Assembly: GCA_036149055.1 (NCBI GenBank)
Contig: JAYZQJ010000149.1
Coordinates: 27,852 to 91,851 of the forward strand
DNA: 64,000 nucleotides
Direction: 5' to 3'
Origin: Myxococcota bacterium
GTDB taxonomy: Bacteria > Myxococcota_A > Polyangia > Polyangiales > Sandaracinaceae
Shown here: positions 1 to 9,112 of the stretch, in pieces
How positions within the stretch are numbered: position 1 is the first letter of the stretch
Layout of the letters: every line of letters starts with the position of its first letter
The notes under the pieces: generated by a model
Told to the model about the DNA's origin: nothing
Database searches by the model: none
What the model saw: only the letters and a program-made list of their open reading frames with translations
Position numbers and translations under genes: made by a program

Positions 1-723
1 GGGATGGTCTGCGACGCGGGCGCGGTCTGCGACGGCGCGGCCTGCGTGGCCTGCGGCGGGGAAAGCGAGCCGTGCTGCGACGCGATGACGTGCGGCGACC
101 CGGACCTCACCTGCGCGGGCGGCGTGTGTCAGGACTGCGGGCAGCGCAACGAGCGCTGCTGCCCGGGCGACGGGTGCGTGGAGGCGGCGCTCGTCTGTGA
201 CCCGGGAGGGACGTGCCGCGACTGCGGAGGCCGGGACGAGCGCTGCTGCGCCGGCGACACGTGCGAGGTCGGTCACGTGTGTGACGGCGCGACCTTCTGC
301 CGGGAGTGCGGGAGCAACGGCCGCCGATGCTGCGCGGGCGGCGTGTGCGGCATGGGCGAGGTCTGCGACGCGGCCGACTTCTGCCGGGACTGCGGGCGCA
401 ACGGGCAGCGCTGCTGCGCCGGGTCGACCTGTGATCCGGGTCGGGTGTGCGACGCGGCCGACTTCTGCCGAGACTGCGGGGGCAACGGCCAGCGCTGCTG
501 CGCGGGCTCGATGTGCGACCCCGGGCGCATCTGCGACGGCAGCGACTTCTGCCGCGACTGCGGAGGCAGCGGGCAGCTCTGCTGCGCTGGCCGCACCTGC
601 GACACCGGCCGCGTGTGCGACGCGAGCGACCGCTGCCGAGACTGCGGTGCCGCCGCCCAGCCCTGCTGCGCCGGCGGCACCTGCGACGGATCCCGCGCCT
701 GCGTCGCGGGCACCTGCGTGTAG
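1..723 (+). CDS. Cys-rich tandem-repeat protein, 3' part (reading frame is open at the window edge)
   Basis: About 8 units of ~28 aa with 6 Cys each (CRDCGxxGQRCCAGxxCDxGRVCDxxDF); stop TAG at 721-723; typical of myxobacterial extracellular proteins. Confidence 0.8.
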   Translation, partial: GMVCDAGAVCDGAACVACGGESEPCCDAMTCGDPDLTCAGGVCQDCGQRNERCCPGDGCVEAALVCDPGGTCRDCGGRDERCCAGDTCEVGHVCDGATFCRECGSNGRRCCAGGVCGMGEVCDAADFCRDCGRNGQRCCAGSTCDPGRVCDAADFCRDCGGNGQRCCAGSMCDPGRICDGSDFCRDCGGSGQLCCAGRTCDTGRVCDASDRCRDCGAAAQPCCAGGTCDGSRACVAGTCV

Positions 724-739
724 CCCCAGGTGAGGACTT

Positions 740-979
740 GGGGACGGAGTTTCCTTGTTTCCTCGCGTCCCGCTCCGTCCGCAGCCTCGGCTACGGGGAC
801 GGAGTTTCCTTGTTTCCGAACGGCGTCTGGAGGGCGCGTGGCGGGACACGCCCGTGCGCGGATGGGCCGAGGAGACGCTCGCCCCCCGTGAACGCGCGGC
901 TGGGAAACTGGGAAACTCCGTCCCAGCGTCACCGATCAGGGTTTCGGGGGGCGGTTGGGCAACAAGGAAACTCCGTCCC
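740..979. repeat. Intergenic REP/REPIN-like element: four copies of GGGACGGAGTTTCCTTGTTTCC, two direct then two inverted
   Basis: Identical 23-mers at 740-762 and 795-817; reverse-complement copies at 903-924 (2 mismatches) and 958-979 (1 mismatch); lies between convergent genes. Confidence 0.85.
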
Positions 980-983
980 AGGG

Positions 984-2735
984 TCACCCGGCGCGGACGA
1001 GGCGGCCCGGGCGGGCGCCGGTGAGGCGGCCGTGCTCGGCGATGATCTCGCCGGCGACGAGGGTGGCGATGTAGCCGTCGGCGCGCTGCATGAGGCGACG
1101 GCCGCCTGCGGGGAGGTCCTGTTGGAGCTCGGGGCGGCGCAGCTTCAGGCGCTCCATGTCGATGAGGTTCAGGTCCGCGCGCTGGCCCGGGGCGATCACG
1201 CCCCGGTCGGTCAGGCCGATGTAGCGGGCGGTGTCGTGCGACTGCATCTGGATCGCGCGCTCGAGCGAGATGCGGCCGCGATCGCGATCCCGCGTCCAGT
1301 GCGTGAGCAGGAAGGTCGGGAAGCTCGCGTCGCAGATGGTGCCCACGTGCGCGCCGCCGTCGCTGAGGCCCGGGAGCGCGAGCGGGTGCGTCAGCATCTC
1401 GTGCACCGCGTCGAGGTTCATGCCCGAGTAGTTGTAGACGGGGAAGTAGAGGAGCGCCTTGCCCTCGTCCTCGAGCATCGCGTCGTAGATGACGCTCAGC
1501 ACCGGGACGCCCTGCCGCATCGCCTCCGCCGCGAAGGACTCCTGCACGGTCGGCTCGTAGTTCGGCTCCTCGCCGAGGCGGAAGAGGCGCATCGCCACCA
1601 TGTCGAGGTTGGCGAGGAAGAAGTCGGCGAGCGGCGGCAGCTTGCTGCCGTCGCCGGCCACCGGCTCCGACTTCTCGGTGATCATCTTCGCCTTGAGCGC
1701 CGGGTCGCGCATCGCCTTCACGATCTCCTCGTGCGGCAGGTGGCTGATCGCCTTGAAGCTCGGGAAGCCCATGAAGGGGTGGAAGGTGGCCTGCAGGCCG
1801 AGCAGCACGCCGATGCCGCGGGGCGCGACCTGGCAGCGCACGTCGTAGCCCCGCGCGACCTGCTCCTCCGCCGCCTTCAGGATGCGCTTCCACTGCTTGC
1901 TCGAGTGGTCGCGCTGCATGGTGGAGATGCTCATGGGCCGCCCGCCCGCCGCCTCGAGCATCGCGATCAACACGCCCAGCTCCCGCTCGAAGTGCTCGTC
2001 GCCGTGCATGACGTCGAAGTCGCTGACCGCCTGGAGCACGCCGTGGTCCAGGCCGACGAAGGCCTCCGCGATCCCGGCCAGCTCCTCGGCCGCCGCCTCG
2101 CTCGCCGGCGTCCAGTCGCCCTTGGCGCTCCGGTGGTTGTCGCTCCGGCCGGTGCTGAAGCCGACGGCGCCCGCCTCGAGGGCGCGCCGGAGGAGCGCGC
2201 GCATCGCGGCGATGTCTTCGGGCGTGGCCGCCTCGTCCGCGACCGCGCGGTCGCCCATCACGTAGACACGCAGAGCGTCATGCGGGACGTGGCAGAGGAA
2301 GTCGATCGCGTGCGGCATGCGATCGAGCGCGTCCATGTACTCCGGGAAGGTCTCCCAGCCCCAGGTGATGCCCTCGCTCAGCGCGCTCCCGGGGATGTCC
2401 TCGACGCCCTCCATCAGCTCGATCAGCTTCTCGTGATCGGTCGGGCGCACCGGGGCGAAGCCGACGCCGCAGCTCCCCATGGCGGCGGTCGTGACGCCGT
2501 GGATCGACGAGGGCGCGAGCTCCTCGTCCCAGGAGATCTGCCCGTCGTAGTGGGTGTGGATGTCGACGAAGCCGGGGGCGACGATGGCCCCGGCCGCGTC
2601 GATCGTGCGGGCGGCCGGTCCGTCGGCCTCCCCCACCGCGACGATCTTGCCGCCCGTGATGCCCACGTCGCCGGTGAACCGGTCCTTGCCGGTGCCGTCG
2701 ACGATGATGCCGTTCGTGATCTTCAGGTCGTACAT
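984..2735 (-). CDS. N-acyl-D-amino-acid deacylase-like amidohydrolase
   Basis: [16 protein letters not shown] start, [11 protein letters not shown] metal motif, GVTT, SDGGAH and C-terminal [10 protein letters not shown]; start trimmed to ATG 2735. Confidence 0.9.
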   Translation of the reverse strand: MYDLKITNGIIVDGTGKDRFTGDVGITGGKIVAVGEADGPAARTIDAAGAIVAPGFVDIHTHYDGQISWDEELAPSSIHGVTTAAMGSCGVGFAPVRPTDHEKLIELMEGVEDIPGSALSEGITWGWETFPEYMDALDRMPHAIDFLCHVPHDALRVYVMGDRAVADEAATPEDIAAMRALLRRALEAGAVGFSTGRSDNHRSAKGDWTPASEAAAEELAGIAEAFVGLDHGVLQAVSDFDVMHGDEHFERELGVLIAMLEAAGGRPMSISTMQRDHSSKQWKRILKAAEEQVARGYDVRCQVAPRGIGVLLGLQATFHPFMGFPSFKAISHLPHEEIVKAMRDPALKAKMITEKSEPVAGDGSKLPPLADFFLANLDMVAMRLFRLGEEPNYEPTVQESFAAEAMRQGVPVLSVIYDAMLEDEGKALLYFPVYNYSGMNLDAVHEMLTHPLALPGLSDGGAHVGTICDASFPTFLLTHWTRDRDRGRISLERAIQMQSHDTARYIGLTDRGVIAPGQRADLNLIDMERLKLRRPELQQDLPAGGRRLMQRADGYIATLVAGEIIAEHGRLTGARPGRLVRAG

Positions 2736-2746
2736 GTTCGGTCCCC

Positions 2747-3499
2747 TCACCGGATGAGCAGAGAGATGGCGGCTGCGATCAGCAGCGCGAAGATGGCGAG
2801 CTCGAAGCGCCGCTGGTCGACGCGGCGGTGCACCCACTCGCCGAGCGCGATGCCGAGCGGCACCGCGGGCAGCAGCACGAGCAGGTCGACGCCGACCGAC
2901 GGCGCGTAGCGGCCCTCGAGCGCGAACGCGATCAGGAGGCCGGCGTTCAGGACGAGCCAGACGGAGGAGAGCGTGCTCCGGAAGGTGTGCTTGTCGAGCT
3001 GCTCGCGGCCGAGCGCGTAGACGAGGAGCGGGCCGCCGGTGGCGAAGATGCCGTGGATCACGCCGGCGCCGAACATCGCGGCGACGGAGGCGGCGAGCGG
3101 CATCGGGCGAGCGACGGACGCGGCGTCGCGCTTCACCCGCAGGCGCAGCCAGAGCTCCCGCGCGGCCAGGAGGAGCACCATCACCGCGAAGGCGTAGCGG
3201 AGCCCGGCGCTCTCGACGCCCGAGAACGCGAGGAAGCCGAGGCCCATGCCGGCGCCCATCAGCGGCAGGATGCGCTTCAGCAGCAGCCCCCAGGAGATGG
3301 ACCCGCGGTGGCGCCAGGTGATGTAGCCGGTCTGCAGCATCGAGATCGGCACCGCGAGGGTGACGATCTCCCGGATGCCGAGCAGGTGCGCGCCGAAGGT
3401 GACGGCGAGCAGCATGCTGCCGAAGCCGGTGACCGTCTGCACGGCGTAGGACAGGAAGATGACGGCGGCGAAGCCGAGGAGCGCGGGGTCGACGGTCAC
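2747..3499 (-). CDS. Sulfite exporter TauE/SafE family membrane protein
   Basis: About 8 hydrophobic helices, TGFG and GIFATGGP motifs; overlaps the TetR stop codon. Confidence 0.85.
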   Translation of the reverse strand: MTVDPALLGFAAVIFLSYAVQTVTGFGSMLLAVTFGAHLLGIREIVTLAVPISMLQTGYITWRHRGSISWGLLLKRILPLMGAGMGLGFLAFSGVESAGLRYAFAVMVLLLAARELWLRLRVKRDAASVARPMPLAASVAAMFGAGVIHGIFATGGPLLVYALGREQLDKHTFRSTLSSVWLVLNAGLLIAFALEGRYAPSVGVDLLVLLPAVPLGIALGEWVHRRVDQRRFELAIFALLIAAAISLLIR

Positions 3500-4191
3500 G
3501 GCGCCTCCGGGAGCAGCGCGCGGGCGATCACGGTGCGGACCGTCTCGCGGCCGGCGGCCTCGTCGATGTCGTCGGGGAAGGGATCCCAGAAGCGATGCAC
3601 CGCGAACCAGCTCGCGGTCTCGGTGACGAAGCGAGCCGCGGCGACCGGGTCGGGCACCGCGCGCAGGTGGCCCTCGGACGCCCGACGCGCGATCCAGGCG
3701 GCGAGGCGCTCGTTCAGCGCGCCCCTCGCCCGCCGATACCAGAGCTCGCCGAGCTCGGGCAGGTCGAGCGCCGAGGTGCCGATGAGCTTGATCGCGGTGC
3801 GGTTGTCGGCGAGCGCCGCGTAGACCTCGTCGACCACCGCGAGCAGCTCCGCGCCCATGTCGCGCGGGGTCGCGCGGCCCTCCGCCTCGCGCAGCGCGTC
3901 GAAGCGCGCGCTCTCGGCCAGGCGCTCCCGGACGTAGGCGATGGTCGCGCCGGCCGCCGGGGTCGGCACCGGGAGCGGCGGCTCGGGCCGGTCGCGGTCG
4001 GCGTGCCGGAGCGCCAGGTCGAAGAGCGCCTCCTTCGACTCGACGTAGAGGTAGAGCGTGCCCTTGGCGACGCCCATCGCCTTGGCGACGTCGCCGATCT
4101 GGGTGCGCCGGAAGCCGCCCGACTCGATGAACACCCGCGTCGCCGCCTCCACCAGCTGAGGGAACCGCTCCCGAGGTCTGCGCCGCGCCAT
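3496..4191 (-). CDS. TetR/AcrR family transcriptional regulator
   Basis: N-terminal HTH IGDVAKAMGVAKGTLYLYVESKEALF. Confidence 0.92.
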   Translation of the reverse strand: MARRRPRERFPQLVEAATRVFIESGGFRRTQIGDVAKAMGVAKGTLYLYVESKEALFDLALRHADRDRPEPPLPVPTPAAGATIAYVRERLAESARFDALREAEGRATPRDMGAELLAVVDEVYAALADNRTAIKLIGTSALDLPELGELWYRRARGALNERLAAWIARRASEGHLRAVPDPVAAARFVTETASWFAVHRFWDPFPDDIDEAAGRETVRTVIARALLPEAP

Positions 4192-4196
4192 GGCGA

Positions 4197-4226
4197 CCTA
4201 TATAACTGACCCGTTCAGTCAGTCAA
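4197..4226 (-). promoter_or_regulatory. Sigma70-like promoter with a probable TetR operator
   Basis: Minus strand reads TTGACT-N16-TATATA just before the ATG at 4191; inverted repeat ACTGAC-N7-GTCAGT at 4205-4223; AT-rich island in a GC-rich background. Confidence 0.65.
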
Positions 4227-4290
4227 GCTCCACATCACTCAGGTACAGCCAGCGCACTCGCGCCAGGATACCGGAGCGGAGGGGCGCCCG

Positions 4291-4935
4291 TCAGCCGAGG
4301 CGACGGAGGAGGTCGTCCGGGCGGAGGAGGCCCCACACCTCGTCGGCGAGCTTGGCGGCGACCTCGGCCCGGTCCTCCTCGGCGCGACCCCACAGCGCGG
4401 CGGCGCCGATCAGCCCCGCGGCGTGGGCGGCCTCGACGTCCATCGGGGTGTCGCCGACGTAGACGCCGGGCTCGCCGTCCGCGCCCATGCGCCGGAGCGC
4501 CTCCCGGATCCCGCCGGGGTCGGGCTTGGGGTGCGGCACGTCGTCCTCGAGCACCACGACCTCGAAGCCTTCGAGGCGGGCGTGCCGCACCGTGGCCTCG
4601 TAGGCGCGGCGGCTCTTGCCGGTGACGATGCCGGTGCGCACGCCGGCGCCGTGGAGCGCCTCGAGCATCTCGGGCACGCCGTCGAAGAAGCCGCCCAGCA
4701 GCTCCTCCGCGAGCGCGTCGTAGGCGGCGACCACCGCGTCGTGGATGCGTCCGCCGTCGCGCTCGCCGTACCAGTCGACCAGGAAGCTGCGCTCGGAGGC
4801 GGGGCGCCGCTGGAGCATCTCCTCCCAGGTGGGCGGCGCGTCGAGCACCTCGGCGAAGCCGCGGCGGTAGCTCTCCGCGTACAGGGCGCGGGTGTCGAGG
4901 AGGGTGCCGTCGAGGTCGAAGAGGACGAGCTTCAT
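4291..4935 (-). CDS. HAD-family hydrolase (phosphoglycolate phosphatase-like)
   Basis: FDLDGTLLDT motif I, KPDP, VYVGDT. Confidence 0.9.
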   Translation of the reverse strand: MKLVLFDLDGTLLDTRALYAESYRRGFAEVLDAPPTWEEMLQRRPASERSFLVDWYGERDGGRIHDAVVAAYDALAEELLGGFFDGVPEMLEALHGAGVRTGIVTGKSRRAYEATVRHARLEGFEVVVLEDDVPHPKPDPGGIREALRRMGADGEPGVYVGDTPMDVEAAHAAGLIGAAALWGRAEEDRAEVAAKLADEVWGLLRPDDLLRRLG

Positions 4936-5546
4936 GCGGCGGTGATGGCCTGGAGCTTCGCGAGGATGAGGTCGAGGGCCACCTTGTTCCGGCCGCCCTC
5001 GGGGATGATGAGGTCGGCGTAGGACTTCGAGGGCTCGACGAACTGCAGGTGCATCGGGCGCACGGTCGCGTAGTACTGCTCGCGCACCGACTCGAAGGTC
5101 CGGCCGCGCTTCTCGATGTCGCGGCGGATGCGCCGGAAGACGCGGATGTCGGAGGGCGTGTCGACGAAGAGCTTCAGGTCGAGCTGCTGCCGCAGCCGGC
5201 GCTCCACGAAGACGAGGATGCCCTCGACGACGATGACCTCGCGCGGCTCGATGCGCCGGGTCTCCTCGGCGCGGCGGTGGGTCTTGAAGTCGTAGACCGG
5301 GGTGTCGACCGCCTCGCCCTTCTTGAGCTTCTCGAGGTGAGACACCAGCAGGTCGGTCTCGAGCGACTCCGGGTGGTCGAAGTTCAGCTCGCAGCGCTGC
5401 TCGTAAGTGAGGTCGGGCCGATCACGGTAGTAGTGATCGTGCTGGATGATGGCGACGTTCTCCGGCGCGAGCGACGCCACGATCGTCTCGGCCACCGTCG
5501 TCTTGCCCGAGCCGGTCCCGCCGGCGACTCCGACCACGTAAGCCAC
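4932..5546 (-). CDS. udk: Uridine kinase
   Basis: GGTGSGKTT Walker A, NFDHP, VEGIL, RRIRRD, VRPMHLQFVEPSK, ADLIIPEGG. Confidence 0.95.
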   Translation of the reverse strand: MAYVVGVAGGTGSGKTTVAETIVASLAPENVAIIQHDHYYRDRPDLTYEQRCELNFDHPESLETDLLVSHLEKLKKGEAVDTPVYDFKTHRRAEETRRIEPREVIVVEGILVFVERRLRQQLDLKLFVDTPSDIRVFRRIRRDIEKRGRTFESVREQYYATVRPMHLQFVEPSKSYADLIIPEGGRNKVALDLILAKLQAITAA

Positions 5547-5625
5547 GGGGGCCTCTTAGCACGCGATTCGAAAAAAATGTGATCTGGCCCGCAACCGCCC
5601 CGACGACGTACAGATAGAGTGCACC

Positions 5626-6366
5626 GTGCGAACCTCGGTCACCGCTCTGACGCTCCTCCTGCTCGCTCCGGCGGGCGCCTCCGCCCAACGCAGCCCGCTG
5701 GGGGCGGACCGCATCTTCGACGGCGCGCCGGCGACCGGGGACTGCTGGGGCAGGCCCTGCCCCGCGCCGCGCAACGACGTCCGGTGGGGGCGGCCCCGCG
5801 CGGACGCGCTCCTGACCTGGGACCGGATCTACGTGCCCGGCTGGCGTCCGTCGGAGGTCGCCGGCGAGGCCAGCCGCCCGAGCGGGCGACGCGAGGCCCC
5901 GCGCCCCGGCGCCTTCCACCTGGTCTACCTCGGCGCGCTCGACGCCGAGGGCGACGTGCACGGCATGGGCATGCGGGCCGCGATCACGCTGCACGACGTC
6001 ATCGCGCTCGAGCTGACCGCGGCCGGGCTCGGGGGCAGCCAGTCGGACGGCAGCGCGCGGCTCGAGACCCCGCTGCTCGCCGGCGTGCGTGTGCAGGTGC
6101 CGGTCCGCGTCCCCCTCGCCCGCTTCTACGGGGCCGCCGCGACCGGGTTGATGCTCCGGACCACCCCGCACCGCGCCGACCCGGACCCGGTGGCGATCTT
6201 CCCGCTCCAGATCGGCGCCGGCATGGAGGTCGGCTTCCCGATCTCGCCGCGGCTCGCCATCGGCGTGGTCTTCGACGTGCGCCTCGACGTGCGGGTGCCC
6301 ATCGCGAGCCTGCCCGCCTCGGCGGGCCCGGCGTGGAGCGGGGGCCTGGCCGTCAGCTGGTATTGA
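5626..6366 (+). CDS. Secreted hypothetical protein, possible outer-membrane beta-barrel
   Basis: Signal peptide (ASA-Q), alternating amphipathic strands, C-terminal aromatic ending SWY. Confidence 0.55.
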   Translation: MRTSVTALTLLLLAPAGASAQRSPLGADRIFDGAPATGDCWGRPCPAPRNDVRWGRPRADALLTWDRIYVPGWRPSEVAGEASRPSGRREAPRPGAFHLVYLGALDAEGDVHGMGMRAAITLHDVIALELTAAGLGGSQSDGSARLETPLLAGVRVQVPVRVPLARFYGAAATGLMLRTTPHRADPDPVAIFPLQIGAGMEVGFPISPRLAIGVVFDVRLDVRVPIASLPASAGPAWSGGLAVSWY

Positions 6367-6382
6367 GGGCACCCTCGCGGCG

Positions 6383-7084
6383 ATGGCGGACCTCGTCCTG
6401 TACCAGTTCCCCGGCGCCTACGGGATGGAGAGCCTCAGCCCGTTCTGCACGAAGCTGGCGACCTATCTCCAGCTCGCGGGCGTGCCGCACGAGCGACGGC
6501 TGGGCGACCCGCGCGAGGCGCCGCGAGGCAAGCTCCCCTACGTGCGCTGGGACGGCGCGCTCGTCGGCGACTCGCAGCTGATCGTCGAGCGCTGCCAGGC
6601 GGAGCTCGGCGATCCTCTGGACGGCCACCTCGACGCGGAGGCGAAGGCGCTCGGGCACCTCCTCCGGCGCGCGGCCGAGGACCACCTCTACTGGGCGCTG
6701 CTCGCGGTCCGATGGGGGGACGACGAGGTGTGGCGCTCGAGCTACCGCGAGGCGATCGCCGGCGCGCTGCCGAGAGGGACCGGCTGGTTCTTGCCCGGCG
6801 TCATCCGGCGCGGCGTGGTGAAGTCCCTGCACCACCACGGCCTCGGGCGGCACGCGCGCGAGACGGTGGACGCGCAGGGCGTCGCCGACCTGGAGGCCAT
6901 CGCCGGCGCGATGCGAGGCGACTTCCTGCTGGGCGACCGCCCGACGAGCTTCGACTGCTCGGTCTGGGCGATGGTCGAGCACCTCCGCGTCACCCCGGCC
7001 GAGCGCCCCCTCGTCGTGCACGCCCGCGAGCACCCCACGCTCTCCGCCTGGTCCGAGCGCATGCGAGCCGCGCTCTCCGCCTGA
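6383..7084 (+). CDS. Glutathione S-transferase family protein (metaxin/FAX-like)
   Basis: SLSPFCTKL, PRGKLPY, GDSQLI, FLLGDRPTSFD. Confidence 0.88.
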   Translation: MADLVLYQFPGAYGMESLSPFCTKLATYLQLAGVPHERRLGDPREAPRGKLPYVRWDGALVGDSQLIVERCQAELGDPLDGHLDAEAKALGHLLRRAAEDHLYWALLAVRWGDDEVWRSSYREAIAGALPRGTGWFLPGVIRRGVVKSLHHHGLGRHARETVDAQGVADLEAIAGAMRGDFLLGDRPTSFDCSVWAMVEHLRVTPAERPLVVHAREHPTLSAWSERMRAALSA

Positions 7085-7093
7085 CCGGGGCCC

Positions 7094-9112
7094 TCACATC
7101 AGGTCGCGCTCGATCTCCTCGGTCCAGGTCCTCGCGAAGACGCGCTCGTCGCGCTCGAAGGCGTCGACGACGACGTGGAGGCGGAAGCGGCGGCGGTCGG
7201 CGGTGAGCACCGAGCGGGTCTCGACGCGGGTCTGCCACTCGCCGCGGGAGAAGCCGCGGGTCGTGCGGGTCTCCCCGCGCACGCTGCCGAAGTCGTCGGC
7301 GCGAGAGCTGTACGTCTCCAGGGTGCGCTTCTCGACCTCGAGGTCGATCTCGTCGATCGCGAAGTGGCCGTCGTGGCGCACGCACTCGAGGGTGGCGGTG
7401 TCGGCCGCGAGGTCGCGGATCACGCGCCAGTTCTCCTGGCCCGGGGTGATGTAGCGAGGCACGTGCGGGGCGGCGCCCTCCGGCTCGGCGAAGCGGATGG
7501 CCGCGCTCCGCCCGTCGCGCGCGCGCACCGGCAGCAGCAGGGCGCACCGGCGGGGGTGCAGGGTCAGCGTGGTCGGCTCGGGCGGCGGCCAGGCGATCGG
7601 CCAGTACGAGCTCGAGATCGACACCCGCAGCCGATGGCCCCTCGCGAAGCGCTGCGCGCAGGCGTTCAGGTCCACGCGCACGTCCACGGGGGAGCCCGGC
7701 TCGAGCGGCTCGGGCGCCTCGGAGCCGTGGCGGTGCGTCAGGTTCTGCAGGCCGTAGGTCACGCGGGTCGCGCGGCCGTCGGGCAGGACCTCGCTCAGCC
7801 GGACCGCGACCTGCGCCACCGGGCGGTCGGCGGCGACCCGGAGATCGACCCGCGGCACGCCGAGGATCTCGAGATCCTCCGGCAGCGGCTCGGACTCGAA
7901 CACGAGCGCGCCCCCGTCCTCCTCGCGCTGATCGCCCGGGAGATCCGGGGTGGCCGCGTAGGAGCACCACTTGCCCGCGTACAGGCCGGTGCTCAGCGGG
8001 CTCCGGATGCTGCGCGGCGCCGCGTCGTCGTCCGGCGTCTCGTCGAGACGCAGCCCGTGCTCGGCGAAGGCGAGCGTCCGGTACCGCACCCCGCGCGAGG
8101 GCCAGCCGTCCTCGGCCACCCAGCGCCCCGGACGCTCCTCGTAGGAGGAGAACTGCGGAGGCACCCCGTCCTGCATCCAGACGCGCAGGGTCGGGCCGTC
8201 CATCGCGCCGTTCTCCTCGCCCTTGAGCCAGTGGTCGAACCAGGCGATCGCCTCCTGCAGGAAGCCGATCGCCGGGCCCGGCCGGCCGATGTGCGGGTAC
8301 ATGTGGCTCCACGGGCCGATCAGCCCCTTGCGCGGCACGCGCAGGCGCTCGATGAGCCGGAGGACCGCGTTGGTGAAGCCGTCCGCCCAGCCGCTCACCG
8401 TCATGACCGGGCACTGGATCGCGGTGTAGTCCTCACACACCGACGTGGCCTCCCAGTAGGGCCCGCGGCGCTGATGCCGCAGCCACGGGAGCAGCCAGGG
8501 CTCGTGGGTCTCGAGCCGCTCGCGCCACATCGCGCGCCAGCGCTCGCCGACGATCTCGGGGTCCGGCGGGCACGTCTGGTAGGCGAGCATCGTGGTCGCC
8601 TCGGAGAGGTTGTCCCCGAGCAGGCACCCGCCCATGTAGTGCATGTTGTCGCGGAAGGTGTCGTCGGTGGAGCAGACGGTGACGATGGCGCCGAGCGCGG
8701 GCGGCCGGCGCGCGGCGATCTGGAGCGCGTTGAAGCCGCCCCAGCTGATCCCCATCATGCCGACCCGGCCGTCGCACCAGGGCTGACGCGCGAGCCACTG
8801 GATGATCTGCTCGCCGTCGGCCAGCTCCGCCTCGGAGTACTGGTCGTCGATGTGTCCGCCGGAGTCGCCGCACCCGCGGATGTCGACCCGCACGTAGGCG
8901 TAGCCGTGGCCGGCGACGTAGGGGGCGTGGATGCTGTCGCGCGAGCGCGTCAGATCTCGCTTGCGGTACGGGATGTACTCGAACACCGCGGGCACGGGGT
9001 CCGTCGTCTCGGGGAGCCACACGCGCGCCGCGAGCCGGGTGCCGTCCGCGGCCGGGATCCAGACGTTCTCCAGGACGCGGACGGAGTACGGGAAGTCGCG
9101 GACGACCTTCAC
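7094..9112 (-). CDS. CocE/NonD family hydrolase (peptidase S15, PepX C-terminal domain)
   Basis: DGTRLAARVWLP, EYIPYRK, VDIRG, GISWGG nucleophile elbow, GPWSH; GTG start overlaps the upstream stop (GTGA). Confidence 0.9.
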   Translation of the reverse strand: MKVVRDFPYSVRVLENVWIPAADGTRLAARVWLPETTDPVPAVFEYIPYRKRDLTRSRDSIHAPYVAGHGYAYVRVDIRGCGDSGGHIDDQYSEAELADGEQIIQWLARQPWCDGRVGMMGISWGGFNALQIAARRPPALGAIVTVCSTDDTFRDNMHYMGGCLLGDNLSEATTMLAYQTCPPDPEIVGERWRAMWRERLETHEPWLLPWLRHQRRGPYWEATSVCEDYTAIQCPVMTVSGWADGFTNAVLRLIERLRVPRKGLIGPWSHMYPHIGRPGPAIGFLQEAIAWFDHWLKGEENGAMDGPTLRVWMQDGVPPQFSSYEERPGRWVAEDGWPSRGVRYRTLAFAEHGLRLDETPDDDAAPRSIRSPLSTGLYAGKWCSYAATPDLPGDQREEDGGALVFESEPLPEDLEILGVPRVDLRVAADRPVAQVAVRLSEVLPDGRATRVTYGLQNLTHRHGSEAPEPLEPGSPVDVRVDLNACAQRFARGHRLRVSISSSYWPIAWPPPEPTTLTLHPRRCALLLPVRARDGRSAAIRFAEPEGAAPHVPRYITPGQENWRVIRDLAADTATLECVRHDGHFAIDEIDLEVEKRTLETYSSRADDFGSVRGETRTTRGFSRGEWQTRVETRSVLTADRRRFRLHVVVDAFERDERVFARTWTEEIERDLM

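Noticed and set aside
740..979. CRISPR array
   Set aside because: Only two direct copies followed by two inverted ones; no cas genes or leader in the window
447..2909. Long antisense or alternative-frame ORFs (also 17763-20672, 20684-23797, 23767-27258, 11857-13836 and others)
   Set aside because: Shadow ORFs expected from stop-codon scarcity at very high GC; they lack motifs and overlap well-supported genes
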